Positions 1-10,427 of a stretch of 53,619 bases of DNA are shown here, one piece after another (the stretch's first letter is position 1; every line of letters begins with the position of its first letter). The notes below the pieces were generated by a model. It saw only the letters and a program-made list of their open reading frames with translations, was not told where the DNA came from and searched no databases. Both the position numbers and the translations under genes were made by a program. The stretch spans positions 1-53,619 of the IMG/VR virus record IMGVR_UViG_3300042559_002371. One strand, 5' to 3'. Origin of the DNA: a virus (lineage: Duplodnaviria; Caudoviricetes).

Positions 1-1
1 G

Positions 2-412
2 CCCTACGCAGCAGCCAGAGCCTTCATCGAGTGGGCAGTAGATCTCTGGCCTTACGTTAATGGGAAAGCACTTGTGAGCGGGCTGAAACTAGTTGAGATG
101 GATGCGGCTGATATGGTCGACGTCCTTCACTACTATTTTGAGGAAGATTTAAACATTGTTTCTCAAGAACAAGTAGCAGCAAAGTCAGAGTCTCGTTCAG
201 TGATCTACAGAACGTTGTATGGCACGACTTACAAGTACAGAATAGATGCAGGAATTAAATCTTCTAATAACGCATCTAGTTCGCCTTCTTACGATGATCT
301 AGTTCCATTTGATCCATCAAATAACGTAACAAAACCATATGTACCGCCAACAGAGTTTGACCCAGATGCGGCAACTCCGTTTGGCAGAACTCTAGACGCA
401 CCGCTCGGCTAA
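2..412 (+). CDS. Tail assembly chaperone, frameshift extension (gpT-like)
   Basis: Frame 2 is open from base 2 (PYAAARAFIEWAVDLWPYVNGKALVSGLK...) to stop 412, beyond the GTG at 74 used by the ORF track. It sits directly before the tape measure gene. Confidence 0.7.
   Translation, partial: PYAAARAFIEWAVDLWPYVNGKALVSGLKLVEMDAADMVDVLHYYFEEDLNIVSQEQVAAKSESRSVIYRTLYGTTYKYRIDAGIKSSNNASSSPSYDDLVPFDPSNNVTKPYVPPTEFDPDAATPFGRTLDAPLG
3..41 (+). CDS. 3' end of tail assembly chaperone (gpG-like), truncated by window edge
   Basis: Frame 3 reads PTQQPEPSSSGQ-stop (TAG 39-41). It overlaps the open frame-2 ORF and lies just upstream of the tape measure gene. Confidence 0.55.
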   Translation, partial: PTQQPEPSSSGQ

Positions 413-434
413 TTGAAATAGGAGGTGATAGCAC

Positions 435-3400
435 ATGGCAGTAGTAGGTGAAGCGCACGTCATTGTCCGTGCTATTACCAACCGCGTCCGCCCTGATATC
501 CAAAGAGCCTTTGAAGGCTTAGATGGTATTGGTGAAGATGCTGGTCGTAATATTTCTGATTCCTTTTCAAAAGGATTAGCCAGCGGTGGGTCAGAGCGCA
601 ACGGACTTTTTGGCTCTAAATTTAGAAAAGAAGCTGAAGAAGCCCGTCTCAGATTAGATAAATTAATTACTACAGGCTATTTCTTAGCTCCAGCATTTAC
701 TGGACTTGCTGGAGCCGTTGGTGCTCTTGGTGGAGGACTTCTTACACTTGGTGCTACTGCTGCTGCAGTGGGTACTGGTGGTTTAGTCGTATTAGCTGGA
801 AGTCTTAGTGCTGTGGCTCAGGCTGCTATTGTTGCAAAACTTGCCTTCTCTGGGGTTTCGCAAGCGCTAGCTGCTGGACTAAAGACTCAAAAGGCATCTG
901 CTAGCAATGAGAAAGCTATTGCAGCAGCCAAACGTAGAGTAGCTGATGCCTCATTAAAACTTGAGCGCCTACAAACAGAAGCAAAGCCAGAACTTCTTGC
1001 TCAACTAACTCAGCGGCAAGTGGAAGCAGAAGAAAATCTTGCTGATGCAAAAATTTCTGCTTCACGTTCTGAGCGCACCTATAGAGATGCTCAAGAAGCA
1101 GCTAAAAGAACAACAGAGCAGTTAACTAAGGCTCGTGAAGATGCTTTAGAAAAGCTACAGCAACTTAGATTTGAAACAGAAGGCGCTGCTATCTCTGAGA
1201 AGAGGGCCCGTCTTGAATTTATTAAGGCTCGTGATGCGCTTCAGCGTGTTCAAGACCTTCCGCCAAACTCCCGTGCTCGCCAAGAAGCAGAGCTTGCGTT
1301 TGCCGAGGCTGACCTTAACTTGCGTAAAGCAATTGACCGCAACAAGGACCTCAAGAAGGAAGAAAAAGCTGCAACTGCAGCTGGAGTTGAAGGCTCTCAG
1401 GCTGTTAAAGATGCTATTACTGCTCAGCGTAATGCTCAGGAGTCTTTGGTTGATGCTGCAATAGATAAAGCAAAGGCTTTAAAAGCAGTCACAGATGCTG
1501 AAAAGGATGCAGCAAATGCTGCAAGAGAGGCAACTGACGATCCAACTAAGAGCAAAGCAATTCGCGACATCAATCGTCAAATTGCATTAGCTGTTCGAGA
1601 TGTTGCAGATGCAGAGCAAGATTTGGCTGATGCTCAAAAGGGTCCTGGAGCAGATGCGTTTGCTGATGCTCTTGCTGGCCTATCCCCTGAGGCTCAGAAG
1701 TTTGTTAAATACTTAATTAGTATCCAAGATGAGTTTAAAAAGCTTAGAGATGCTGCTGGTGAACTTCTTTTTCCAAAGCTAGAAACTGCAATTCAAAACC
1801 TTGTAGATAATCTTTTCCCAAAGCTTGAACCTTTACTTCGTACCACTGGTGGAATTCTTGGAGATATTGCAATTGGGTTCTCTAATGCAATTACTGAAGC
1901 TAAAAACCTAGAAAATCTTGAATCTATATGGAAGACTAATGACACTCTTCTTTTGAATTTAGGAAAAGCAGCTAACGGTTTCTATGGAGGACTGCTTGCC
2001 ATCCTAGCTGCCGCTGGGCCGCTAATCACTAAGTTCGGCGAGTGGGTTGCAACCCTTGGTGAAACATTCGAAAAGACTATGAAAGCCAAGCAAGCCACAG
2101 GCGAGCTTAAGGATTTCTTTGATGATATTGAAAGAGTTACAAGTGGTCTTGGAGGAGCCTTCAAAAAAGCCTTTAGTGCTTTAGGCGACATTATTGACAA
2201 TGTTATTGCTCCTGGTGGTTCTGCAGACATATTCATTAAGTATTTTGATGATGTCTTCACCAAGTTTAAAAACTTTACTAAGGGTGGAGAAAATAATGAA
2301 GGTCTTACAACCTTCCTCAACGGGCTAACAACTAACTTCACAAAGATTCTTACCCTTGTTGGAAAGATTGGTGAAGGTCTTCTACAAGTTGGAGCTACAC
2401 CTGAGTTTGGTGTTTTTGTTGACAAATTAATTGAAGCAGTAGAGATTTTTAATGGTCTTGGAACTGAACTAGCAAAGAGTTTGCCTTCCTTGGGTGAGTT
2501 AGTAGTTTCTTTTGCAGAGTTTGTGTCACTACTCACCGAGAGCGGCGCTATAAAGATTTTCTTCGACACCTTAAACGGAATCTTTACGGTCTTTAATAAC
2601 TTCCTCAAGCTTCCAGGCGTCTCAACGATTCTTGCCTATGCTGCTGGTGCATTTGCCTTTATTAGAGCATTCCGACTTGCATTTAAAGCTGTCTCATTCT
2701 TTGGTAAGGCTGTTGCTGGAAACGTCATGGCTGTTAAAACTTTGGGAGGAAGACTCTATAGTTTGGGTATTAGAGCAACCTCAACGGCTATGGCTATGGA
2801 TAAAACAAGCATCGCTGCAAAACTTAAGGCTGGCGCATTGCGTGGTGTTGGAGTAGCTGCACGATTTGCTGGAAGAGCTTTATCTCTTATTGGTGGTCCT
2901 GTTGGACTTCTTCTTCTTTTAGTTCCGCTTATCATCGAAAACTGGGACAAGATTATTGGCTTCTTTAAAGAGTTTGGTCCAAAAATTCTTGGATTCTTTA
3001 AAGATTTTGGTAGCAAAATAGGTACTTGGTTTAGCGAGCTATTTACAAAAGTTTCCTCATGGTTTACAGAAACTTTGGTTCCATTCTTAGTCAGTCTTCC
3101 TGGAAAGTACATCAAACTTGTAGCTGGCTTCTGGCTGTGGATTTTTGACTTACTAGGAACTCTCTTTACAAAAATTGGTAGTTGGTTTACCAACACTCTT
3201 GTTCCATTCTTGATATCTATTCCTGCAACTTATATCAAACTGGTATCTGGATTCTGGCTATGGATTTTTGACTTACTAGGAGGTCTCTTCACAAAGATTG
3301 GAGACTGGTTCAGTAAGACACTTTTGCCTTATTTAATCGACACCCCAAAGAGATTTATCACTAATGTATCCAATTTCTGGAGCTGGATTACCGACCTTCT

Positions 3401-4031
3401 AAGTAAGGCATTTACAGCTATTAGTGACTACTTCACAAAAACAATTGCACCATTTATTTCAGGAATCCCGAAGAAATTTGCAGATGGAGCAAAAGCCGCT
3501 TGGGACTTCCTAAGTGGTGGAGTGAAGACTGCTTGGACAGCTGTCACTGATTTCTTCACAAAAGACATTCCTGCTTTCTTAAAGACTCTCCCAAAGAAAT
3601 TTAAAGATGGAGCAGGTAATATTTTTGGATTCTTGTTTGACGGTGTTAAGTCAGGGTTTGAAGAGGCAAAAAACTGGTGGAACACCAATGCTGCTGGAAA
3701 GGGATTTACTCTTGGTGGCGGAACATTCTTAGGTAAACAAGTACCTAAACTCGATTTTAGAATTCCAAGACTTGCTCTAGGTGGAGTTGTTATGCCATCT
3801 GCAGGAGGCACAATTGCTCAGATTGCAGAAGCTGGTAAACCAGAACGTGTAGAACCACTAGATCCAAACGGTCTATCAAAGCGTGATAAAGCAATGATTG
3901 ACTACTTAAGCGGCGGCAGTGGTAAGGGCGTAACTGTGAATGTTTACCCGTCTGCTGGTATGGATGAACGTGAGCTTGCATCTCTTGTTTCACGTCAGCT
4001 TGCTTATCAAATGAGAAGAGGAGCTGCATAA
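435..4031 (+). CDS. Tail tape measure protein (1198 aa)
   Basis: GGAGG RBS at 421-425. Ala/Lys coiled-coil N-half, hydrophobic segments, Trp/Phe-periodic C-terminal repeats, C-terminal 'LALGGVV...AEAGKPE' motif, and position between chaperone and Dit. Confidence 0.93.
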   Translation: MAVVGEAHVIVRAITNRVRPDIQRAFEGLDGIGEDAGRNISDSFSKGLASGGSERNGLFGSKFRKEAEEARLRLDKLITTGYFLAPAFTGLAGAVGALGGGLLTLGATAAAVGTGGLVVLAGSLSAVAQAAIVAKLAFSGVSQALAAGLKTQKASASNEKAIAAAKRRVADASLKLERLQTEAKPELLAQLTQRQVEAEENLADAKISASRSERTYRDAQEAAKRTTEQLTKAREDALEKLQQLRFETEGAAISEKRARLEFIKARDALQRVQDLPPNSRARQEAELAFAEADLNLRKAIDRNKDLKKEEKAATAAGVEGSQAVKDAITAQRNAQESLVDAAIDKAKALKAVTDAEKDAANAAREATDDPTKSKAIRDINRQIALAVRDVADAEQDLADAQKGPGADAFADALAGLSPEAQKFVKYLISIQDEFKKLRDAAGELLFPKLETAIQNLVDNLFPKLEPLLRTTGGILGDIAIGFSNAITEAKNLENLESIWKTNDTLLLNLGKAANGFYGGLLAILAAAGPLITKFGEWVATLGETFEKTMKAKQATGELKDFFDDIERVTSGLGGAFKKAFSALGDIIDNVIAPGGSADIFIKYFDDVFTKFKNFTKGGENNEGLTTFLNGLTTNFTKILTLVGKIGEGLLQVGATPEFGVFVDKLIEAVEIFNGLGTELAKSLPSLGELVVSFAEFVSLLTESGAIKIFFDTLNGIFTVFNNFLKLPGVSTILAYAAGAFAFIRAFRLAFKAVSFFGKAVAGNVMAVKTLGGRLYSLGIRATSTAMAMDKTSIAAKLKAGALRGVGVAARFAGRALSLIGGPVGLLLLLVPLIIENWDKIIGFFKEFGPKILGFFKDFGSKIGTWFSELFTKVSSWFTETLVPFLVSLPGKYIKLVAGFWLWIFDLLGTLFTKIGSWFTNTLVPFLISIPATYIKLVSGFWLWIFDLLGGLFTKIGDWFSKTLLPYLIDTPKRFITNVSNFWSWITDLLSKAFTAISDYFTKTIAPFISGIPKKFADGAKAAWDFLSGGVKTAWTAVTDFFTKDIPAFLKTLPKKFKDGAGNIFGFLFDGVKSGFEEAKNWWNTNAAGKGFTLGGGTFLGKQVPKLDFRIPRLALGGVVMPSAGGTIAQIAEAGKPERVEPLDPNGLSKRDKAMIDYLSGGSGKGVTVNVYPSAGMDERELASLVSRQLAYQMRRGAA
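3040..3480 (+). repeat. 41-aa (123 bp) degenerate tandem repeats in tape measure
   Basis: LVAGFWLWIFDLLGTLFTKIGSWF... and LVSGFWLWIFDLLGGLFTKIGDWF... begin 123 bp apart (3124, 3247), with looser copies flanking. Confidence 0.8.
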
Positions 4032-4032
4032 A

Positions 4033-6360
4033 ATGGCTGCTTATAACCAAGGACAAGAAAACTTTTATGTAGATAGAGGATTAACCCCATTACAACCTGA
4101 CTACATTGAAAAATTAAAACTTCAAGCAAACATTATTCTTGGAGACTTTATTTTTAATACGATTGATGACGAAGGTGTTGTTTGGGTAATTACCGACATT
4201 GAAGGCTGGTGGACTATGCCATCTGCTGAAATGCCTGATATCCCTCGTGGTTTTGGAGACGGTTCTTATGATGTACAAGGCAGATATAACGCTAGAGATC
4301 TTGTAATAAAAGGCGTATACCTAGTTCAAAATCCTTCCCAAGTAGAATCAGCCCGAGATAGGCTTGTAGCCGCTTGCGACTTGGTTTACAAAGGAGCATG
4401 GCTTAAAACTGGTAACGACCCAATTCGAGCATCTTTTGTTCGCTTAAGTGGTTCTGTAGAGATTGACACAAGAAATGCTCGTGGAAGAACAGAGTTTGAG
4501 ATTGGACTTCGTGCCGCAGACCCAATTAAATACTCTTGGAACGATGCAAGCCCAGATGGTTACAACGTAGGTGAAGTTCCTGTAAAAAATAACGAGGCGG
4601 GTTATAACGGTGTTGGTGCTGTTCAGAACATTGGAAACTACCCTGTCCCATGTATTTTAGAAATTACAGGACCTCTTATTTCTCCTGCTTCTATTTACAA
4701 TAGAACTACAGACAAACTTATGTTGATTACGCAATCTCTAAAGGGAAGTATTGTTCGAGCCATTGTAAATAAGCAGCTTGTTTTTGACACTACAAAACTT
4801 GTAGATGTGGCAACAATGACAACAACAGCAAAGCATGATTTTAGTGTAGGAGATGAAATCTACATCTCAAACGTTGGATTCCCATTTGATGGTCAGCAAT
4901 TGATTACTTCTACTCCTACAGACACCACTTTTACTTTTGAAACAGAATCAGCCGTTATCAATGATGTTGTAACAAAGTCTTTACAGAGTAGTGTTGCAAG
5001 ACTTGAAACAGCAGCCGCGCATGGTTTTGGTACAAATGATTCGATAACTGTTACTGGAGTTGACAGTCTTTTTGATGGAACATACACAATCACAGGAGTC
5101 CCAAACGCAACTACATTTACATATGCCAAAACCCGTGTTCCGCCTAAAGCTGTTACAGGCAAGGTAGTTGTCTCTAATATTGCAACTTTAACTACCGCAG
5201 ATGAGCATCAATTTATTATTGGTGATACTGTCACTGTTTCAAATACTGGCATACCATTTGATGGTTCTTACACAATTACGGCAACAACTTCTAATACTTT
5301 TAGCTATGCTGCAACTCGTACAAACGCTAAAGAAATAATTAGTAAAGAATTAAACCTAAACGTAGCAACTCTTGTCACTAGTGCTGCTCATGGGTTTATT
5401 ATTGGTGAGCCTGTTTCTATTACAAATGTTGACGCATACTTTAATGGAACGTACACAATCACAGACATTCCTACCTCAACAAGCTTTAAATTTAAGAGAG
5501 CCTCTTCTAATGAAAGAAGTATTTCGATTAGATCAGCTTCTTCAAACACTGTAGTTCTTACGACTAGCACTCCTCACAACTACGTTGTTGGCGAGAAAGT
5601 AGTAATTTCTGGCGTAGACCCTAGCTATGACGGAACATTTACAATCACCGCAGTGCCTAGTACAACAACCTTTGCCTACACAAAGAGTGTTGCTAACTTA
5701 ATTCCGACATCTGTGACCGCTGGTTTTGTTGAGCCTTCCTCAAGAAAAGTTAAGTCTTATCTACGAACTGGAAATATTGTCACCATAACAACAGTTAGTT
5801 CCCACGGGCTTTACACAGGAGCAGAGCTTACCTTTACTGGGACTACCCCCTTTGGTGGTGGAGTCAGGTCTGTTGCATCTGTTTTAACTGCTAACTCTTT
5901 TACAATGGTTATTTCTGGAACCGATATTCCAAACACAGAGGTGACAACCGTATTTATCGAGTTACTCGGTATTGCAACATCTGTACCAGTGACCCCAAGT
6001 GGAATTGCTACAGTTTCTGGAAGCCTCCCATTCTCTGGTGCAAATGGAGTTGCCAGCGTTTCTGACACTATTCCAAAAACTTTAGCAAGCGGAAAAGCGA
6101 TTAAAAAGAATGACGTTATATTTACTCCAGGTATTGCTAATGCAACTGCAACTCTTAGTGCAGACGTATTAGAAATTGACACAAAAAATCGAGAAGTTGC
6201 TTTTAATGGTGTAGTTGATGGCGCTCGGGGAAGAATTGACGTTCTAGCAGATTTTATTGAACTAGCTCCAGGAAATAACGAAATTGAGTTTATTGACGGT
6301 GGAGATACAAATGGAGATGCTAGTCTTCGCATCTACTATCGATCTGGTTGGCTTGGATAA
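4033..6360 (+). CDS. Distal tail protein (Dit)-like minor tail protein with inserted repeated beta domains
   Basis: First gene after tape measure. Dit-like N-terminus (IEGWW...RGFGDG...AADP) and C-terminus (LAPGNNEIEF...YRSGW) flank about six ~62-aa 'T.T...HGF..GD.V...FDGTYTIT..P...TFTY' repeats. Confidence 0.8.
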   Translation: MAAYNQGQENFYVDRGLTPLQPDYIEKLKLQANIILGDFIFNTIDDEGVVWVITDIEGWWTMPSAEMPDIPRGFGDGSYDVQGRYNARDLVIKGVYLVQNPSQVESARDRLVAACDLVYKGAWLKTGNDPIRASFVRLSGSVEIDTRNARGRTEFEIGLRAADPIKYSWNDASPDGYNVGEVPVKNNEAGYNGVGAVQNIGNYPVPCILEITGPLISPASIYNRTTDKLMLITQSLKGSIVRAIVNKQLVFDTTKLVDVATMTTTAKHDFSVGDEIYISNVGFPFDGQQLITSTPTDTTFTFETESAVINDVVTKSLQSSVARLETAAAHGFGTNDSITVTGVDSLFDGTYTITGVPNATTFTYAKTRVPPKAVTGKVVVSNIATLTTADEHQFIIGDTVTVSNTGIPFDGSYTITATTSNTFSYAATRTNAKEIISKELNLNVATLVTSAAHGFIIGEPVSITNVDAYFNGTYTITDIPTSTSFKFKRASSNERSISIRSASSNTVVLTTSTPHNYVVGEKVVISGVDPSYDGTFTITAVPSTTTFAYTKSVANLIPTSVTAGFVEPSSRKVKSYLRTGNIVTITTVSSHGLYTGAELTFTGTTPFGGGVRSVASVLTANSFTMVISGTDIPNTEVTTVFIELLGIATSVPVTPSGIATVSGSLPFSGANGVASVSDTIPKTLASGKAIKKNDVIFTPGIANATATLSADVLEIDTKNREVAFNGVVDGARGRIDVLADFIELAPGNNEIEFIDGGDTNGDASLRIYYRSGWLG

Positions 6361-6374
6361 AAAGGACTCCTCTA

Positions 6375-8390
6375 GTGACACTACAGACTAATGTCGAATA
6401 CCGATACTACTTAACAGATTTATTGACTAATACTGTTATTTCCGAGGTTCCTTTTAAGAATGTTTCTTATGAGAGAGTAAATAGAAAAGCTGGTGCTTTT
6501 TCTGGGACTATCCCATTTATTGAAACTACAAAAGCCTTAGATTTATATGAAGCAACAATGCCGGGCAGAACTGGTATCTACATTATGCGCAACGGCGTCT
6601 GCGTCTGGGGTGGAATTATTTGGTCTCGCAGCTATGATGTTCGGAGTCAAGAATTAACAGTAGATGGAGCCGAATTTATCAGCTATCTCTACCATAGAAA
6701 TATTTGGCAAACTATTGTTTACGGCTCTGAGTTTATTGGAGTTACTAACTATTCTGTCTCTAATGGTGTAGGAACAATAACTACAGATGGGCCTCACGGG
6801 TTTGCAAAAGGTCAAAATATAAGCATTAGCACAGTTAACCCTGCAGTAAATGGGACTCATGAGATTACAAATATCACTGCTTCAAATCAATTTCAATATC
6901 TGAGCACTTCAGCTAACACCTCAGGAACTAGCACTTCTGGTGCTTGTAGATTATTAGCAGATACTTTTGATGTTGCTCGTGATTTGGTCTATAGAATTAA
7001 CACAGATTTGGGAGGAATTAATTTTGCTAATGAAGCTATTAGACCTGCCAAAGATTATGATGTTCCAGTAGTTAAAAAAGAGCGCTCTGCAAACGTAGTG
7101 ACTATTACTACAGAAAAAGAGCACGACATTATTGTTGGACAAGAAGTATCTTTATACGAGATTGGTTCAAATTTAGAGGGCACTCACTTTGTAACTGAAG
7201 TTCCCACTCCAACAACTTTTAGATATGTATTGAACGGTCCAGATGTTCCAGCTAGTGCCGTTGGAGGACTTCAAACTTATAACGTAGTGTCTAGATCAAT
7301 GGACAATGTTGGTGTAGCAGAGCTTACATTAGATAGAACACATAACTCGATTGTTGGTTCTTCTGTTGTTGTAAAAGGCGTTGATTCGTTTTTTGCAGGG
7401 GTTCTAGATACTACTTATGACGGTCGTCAAGTTATCAGTAGTGTCCCAGCAACTAATAAAATTAGATACGTAACTGGTGCCGTATTGACAGATTTTAGGC
7501 CAGTGTCTGGCGGTACAGTGACAATGGGTGCCAAAGTAAGTTATGGTGACTTTGGAAGTTATCTTGCAAATTCTGACATTGGTATTGCTCTTGATAGTTC
7601 AATTAAAAGTGGCTACTACAGAGATACTCTTACTTTTAGAGGGTATCAAAATAAAACAGTTGGAGAAATTTTAGAAGATTATTCAAACTCTGTAGAAGGC
7701 GCTTTTGAGTACCGCATCGATTGCGACTACGACTACGACACTGTCAGCTTTACAAGAAAGTTTGAAGTTTTCTCTGCAGACATTGAATTTGAGCCAGCTA
7801 ATGGTGATTACTACACCGCAGAAGAAGTTGGCGCTGATAAATTAGTTTTTGAGTATCCAGGAAATATTCTTACATTTACTGTTGAAGAATCTGCAGAAGA
7901 GTCCGCTACTCGATTCTTTGTGGTGGGTCGTATAGAAGATATGAACGATGACGCTAGTCAGCCATATGCTGGAGCAGCTGTCCGCGGCTACCTTTCTAAT
8001 ACAGAGGGTAGAAGTTGGCCTCTTTTAGACCAAGTAGAACAGATAGACGAAGTTGAAGATGAAAATGCTCTCTTTGAGTACGCTCAGGATTATCTTTACG
8101 AATCCCTGCCTCCAATAGGCACCTACAACATTCAAGTCAATGGCTCTCTATCCCCACTTATTGGTTCTTACAACCCAGGTAATTGGTGCTCAATTATTAT
8201 TGATGATGAGTTCATACGACAAAGACTTGGTAATGATCAAGAACCCCGTGACGATTTAATTATTAGAAAAATCGAGTCCTATAAAGTGTCTGTCCCAGAC
8301 AGTCCTACATTCCCTGAAACGGTAGATTTAGTCTTAGTTCCCGACTGGAAAGTTGACAAAAAGAGAAAGATAAAAACAATTGGCGAGTAG
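6375..8390 (+). CDS. Tal/baseplate hub-like minor tail protein
   Basis: Follows Dit. 'YIMRNGVCVWGGIIW' resembles actinophage minor tail proteins, and it carries about three of the same HGF repeats. Start placed at GTG 6375 after AAAGGA (6361-6366). Confidence 0.75.
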   Translation: MTLQTNVEYRYYLTDLLTNTVISEVPFKNVSYERVNRKAGAFSGTIPFIETTKALDLYEATMPGRTGIYIMRNGVCVWGGIIWSRSYDVRSQELTVDGAEFISYLYHRNIWQTIVYGSEFIGVTNYSVSNGVGTITTDGPHGFAKGQNISISTVNPAVNGTHEITNITASNQFQYLSTSANTSGTSTSGACRLLADTFDVARDLVYRINTDLGGINFANEAIRPAKDYDVPVVKKERSANVVTITTEKEHDIIVGQEVSLYEIGSNLEGTHFVTEVPTPTTFRYVLNGPDVPASAVGGLQTYNVVSRSMDNVGVAELTLDRTHNSIVGSSVVVKGVDSFFAGVLDTTYDGRQVISSVPATNKIRYVTGAVLTDFRPVSGGTVTMGAKVSYGDFGSYLANSDIGIALDSSIKSGYYRDTLTFRGYQNKTVGEILEDYSNSVEGAFEYRIDCDYDYDTVSFTRKFEVFSADIEFEPANGDYYTAEEVGADKLVFEYPGNILTFTVEESAEESATRFFVVGRIEDMNDDASQPYAGAAVRGYLSNTEGRSWPLLDQVEQIDEVEDENALFEYAQDYLYESLPPIGTYNIQVNGSLSPLIGSYNPGNWCSIIIDDEFIRQRLGNDQEPRDDLIIRKIESYKVSVPDSPTFPETVDLVLVPDWKVDKKRKIKTIGE

Positions 8391-9951
8391 AAGAAGAAGT
8401 AGAAATAGAACAATCACTGGCTCTATTTCCGATGTTCAGCGCAGAATTAAGTATCTAGAGAGTAGACCATCACCTTCTAGACTAGGCAATTTTGCTGTTG
8501 ATGAAAACAACCTTGCTCCAAGAGTTGTCAGCACAGACAAAATCATGGTTCAGTCAATTACAAGAGAGCTTGTTTCTGATTCTGCTATAAGTAGTTCGCA
8601 GCTTGATGTCGATTCTGTGGGATCTTCAGAAATTGCAACAGATGCTGTAGGTTCTGCGGAAATTGCAGGAGACTCTGTAAGCACCAGCGAGTTATCAGTT
8701 GATGCTGTTTACCGAGAAAATATTCTTACCGACGCTGTTGGAAATGATGAAGTAGCTACCGACGCTATTGGGTCTTCCGAAATTTCACAGGATTCAGTTG
8801 GTGCTTCTGAATTAGGCGTAGACGCCGCTGCTTCAGAAAACCTTCAGACTGACTCTGTAGGAAACAGCGAGATTGCTTCAGATGCTGTCAACTCATCGGA
8901 AATCGCAGCTGACGCTGTTGGTTCTTCAGAGATAGGTGCCGAGGTTGTAGGCAGCTCTGAGATTGCCTTAGATGCTGTAGGAAATTCAGAGCTTGCTGCT
9001 AACGCAGTTGGTACAGAAAATATCCAAGATAATGCAATAACAAGCGCAAAAATATTTCCAAGTACAATTCAAGGCGTAGATATTGCTGCAAAAACTATTC
9101 AAGGAAATCTACATATTCAAGATAGTTCTATTCTTACTGAGCAAATTGTTAATGGACAAATTACAAGTGATAAGTTGGCAGTAGGAGCAGTCACTAACAT
9201 TAGAGTAGCTGCAGACATATCTGCAAGTAAAATTACTTCTGGAACTTTTGATGCCGCAAGAATTCCAAATTTAGATGCAGGTAAAATTACTACTGGTGCT
9301 TTTTCTACTGCAAGAATTCCAGACCTATCAACTGCAAAAATTACAAATGGTATTTTTTCCGATGCAAGAATTCCGCAAATTTCTGCAGCAAAAATTGATA
9401 GTGGTACTCTCAACATAGCTCGTATTCCAACTGGTACTGGCTCTAACCAAGTTGCTCTTGGAAACCACACCCACAGCGGTGGAACAGTTCCAGCTCACAG
9501 CCACTCATTTACAGGCGGTAGTATTACAACGGCTTCTGGTCCACTTTCAGGTCACAGCCACTTAGGTAGAGACGGTAGCCACCTTCACGGTGTTCAGGTG
9601 TCAGGTATTGTTGGTGGAGTATCTACTTCAAGTAAGCTCTTCAAAAAAGAAATTACAGATTATGAAGTAGACCCTAAGAAAATTTTAAATCTTAAGCTAA
9701 AAAGATATAAATACAAAGATTTGGTTAATCAAGACCAACAAGCTCTTAATCGAGAGTGGATGTACGGATATATTGCTGAAGAAGTTCTTGAAACAGGCAT
9801 TGAAGAGATAGTTGCATATAATGAAAAACAAGAGCCAATTGCTCTAAATTACGGCCTCCTTTCGACACTTGCTATAGAACTCCTAAAATCCCAACAAGCT
9901 GAGATAGACTTCCTCAAAGAAGAAGTACAACGACTAAAGGATGCAAAATGA
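8380..9951 (+). CDS. Tail fibre/spike with C-terminal intramolecular chaperone (peptidase S74-like)
   Basis: 10-aa repeats (DAVGSSEIAA), 17-aa repeats (ASKITSGTFDAARIPNL), HxH motifs, then 'SSKLFKKEI...YGYIAEEV...LNY' and a terminal coiled coil. Confidence 0.8.
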   Translation: MASRRRSRNRTITGSISDVQRRIKYLESRPSPSRLGNFAVDENNLAPRVVSTDKIMVQSITRELVSDSAISSSQLDVDSVGSSEIATDAVGSAEIAGDSVSTSELSVDAVYRENILTDAVGNDEVATDAIGSSEISQDSVGASELGVDAAASENLQTDSVGNSEIASDAVNSSEIAADAVGSSEIGAEVVGSSEIALDAVGNSELAANAVGTENIQDNAITSAKIFPSTIQGVDIAAKTIQGNLHIQDSSILTEQIVNGQITSDKLAVGAVTNIRVAADISASKITSGTFDAARIPNLDAGKITTGAFSTARIPDLSTAKITNGIFSDARIPQISAAKIDSGTLNIARIPTGTGSNQVALGNHTHSGGTVPAHSHSFTGGSITTASGPLSGHSHLGRDGSHLHGVQVSGIVGGVSTSSKLFKKEITDYEVDPKKILNLKLKRYKYKDLVNQDQQALNREWMYGYIAEEVLETGIEEIVAYNEKQEPIALNYGLLSTLAIELLKSQQAEIDFLKEEVQRLKDAK

Positions 9952-10427
9952 TAGAATACGTTCCAAACTTCTATGAAGCAGAAAAACGTCCTGTCATCTG
10001 TAAAAAATTTGTTGCAGAAAGCGGAGAAGAATCTCACACTGTAATTAATGTGGGTAACGAGAGTGAGCTACCTTCTATCCCTGCAGAAGTTATTTACAGC
10101 CACATGGACAATGTTCTTAAATACCTTGATGCAAAAATGGACACTATGACTTTAGTCCAATTAAATGAATTTAATCATGCAGAACCTTGGCCTGTAAAGG
10201 GTTGGTCAGAAGTTGAATGGTGTCAAAATGAAATTGTTTTGTGGTGGAACTACATCTACTACAAAGACTTTGACGAAAGAGTAAAAGTAATGCTAGAAGC
10301 TGACTATGATGCAGCAGTAGCTGAGTTTATTCACGAGCATGGTGATGAGACACAGGATCACACTCATGACCCAGAAACGGGCGAAGCAGTCCCTAACGAA
10401 CCTACTCCAGAGGGGACACAGCCGTAA
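9948..10427 (+). CDS. Hypothetical protein (acidic, His-containing C-tail)
   Basis: 159-aa ORF with ATGA overlap to the fibre gene and AAGGA upstream. Confidence 0.7.
   Translation: MIEYVPNFYEAEKRPVICKKFVAESGEESHTVINVGNESELPSIPAEVIYSHMDNVLKYLDAKMDTMTLVQLNEFNHAEPWPVKGWSEVEWCQNEIVLWWNYIYYKDFDERVKVMLEADYDAAVAEFIHEHGDETQDHTHDPETGEAVPNEPTPEGTQP

Noticed and set aside
1982-6332. Long antisense ORFs within tape measure and Dit (e.g. 1982-2608, 5811-6332)
   Set aside because: They lie fully opposite well-supported genes and have no recognisable motifs.
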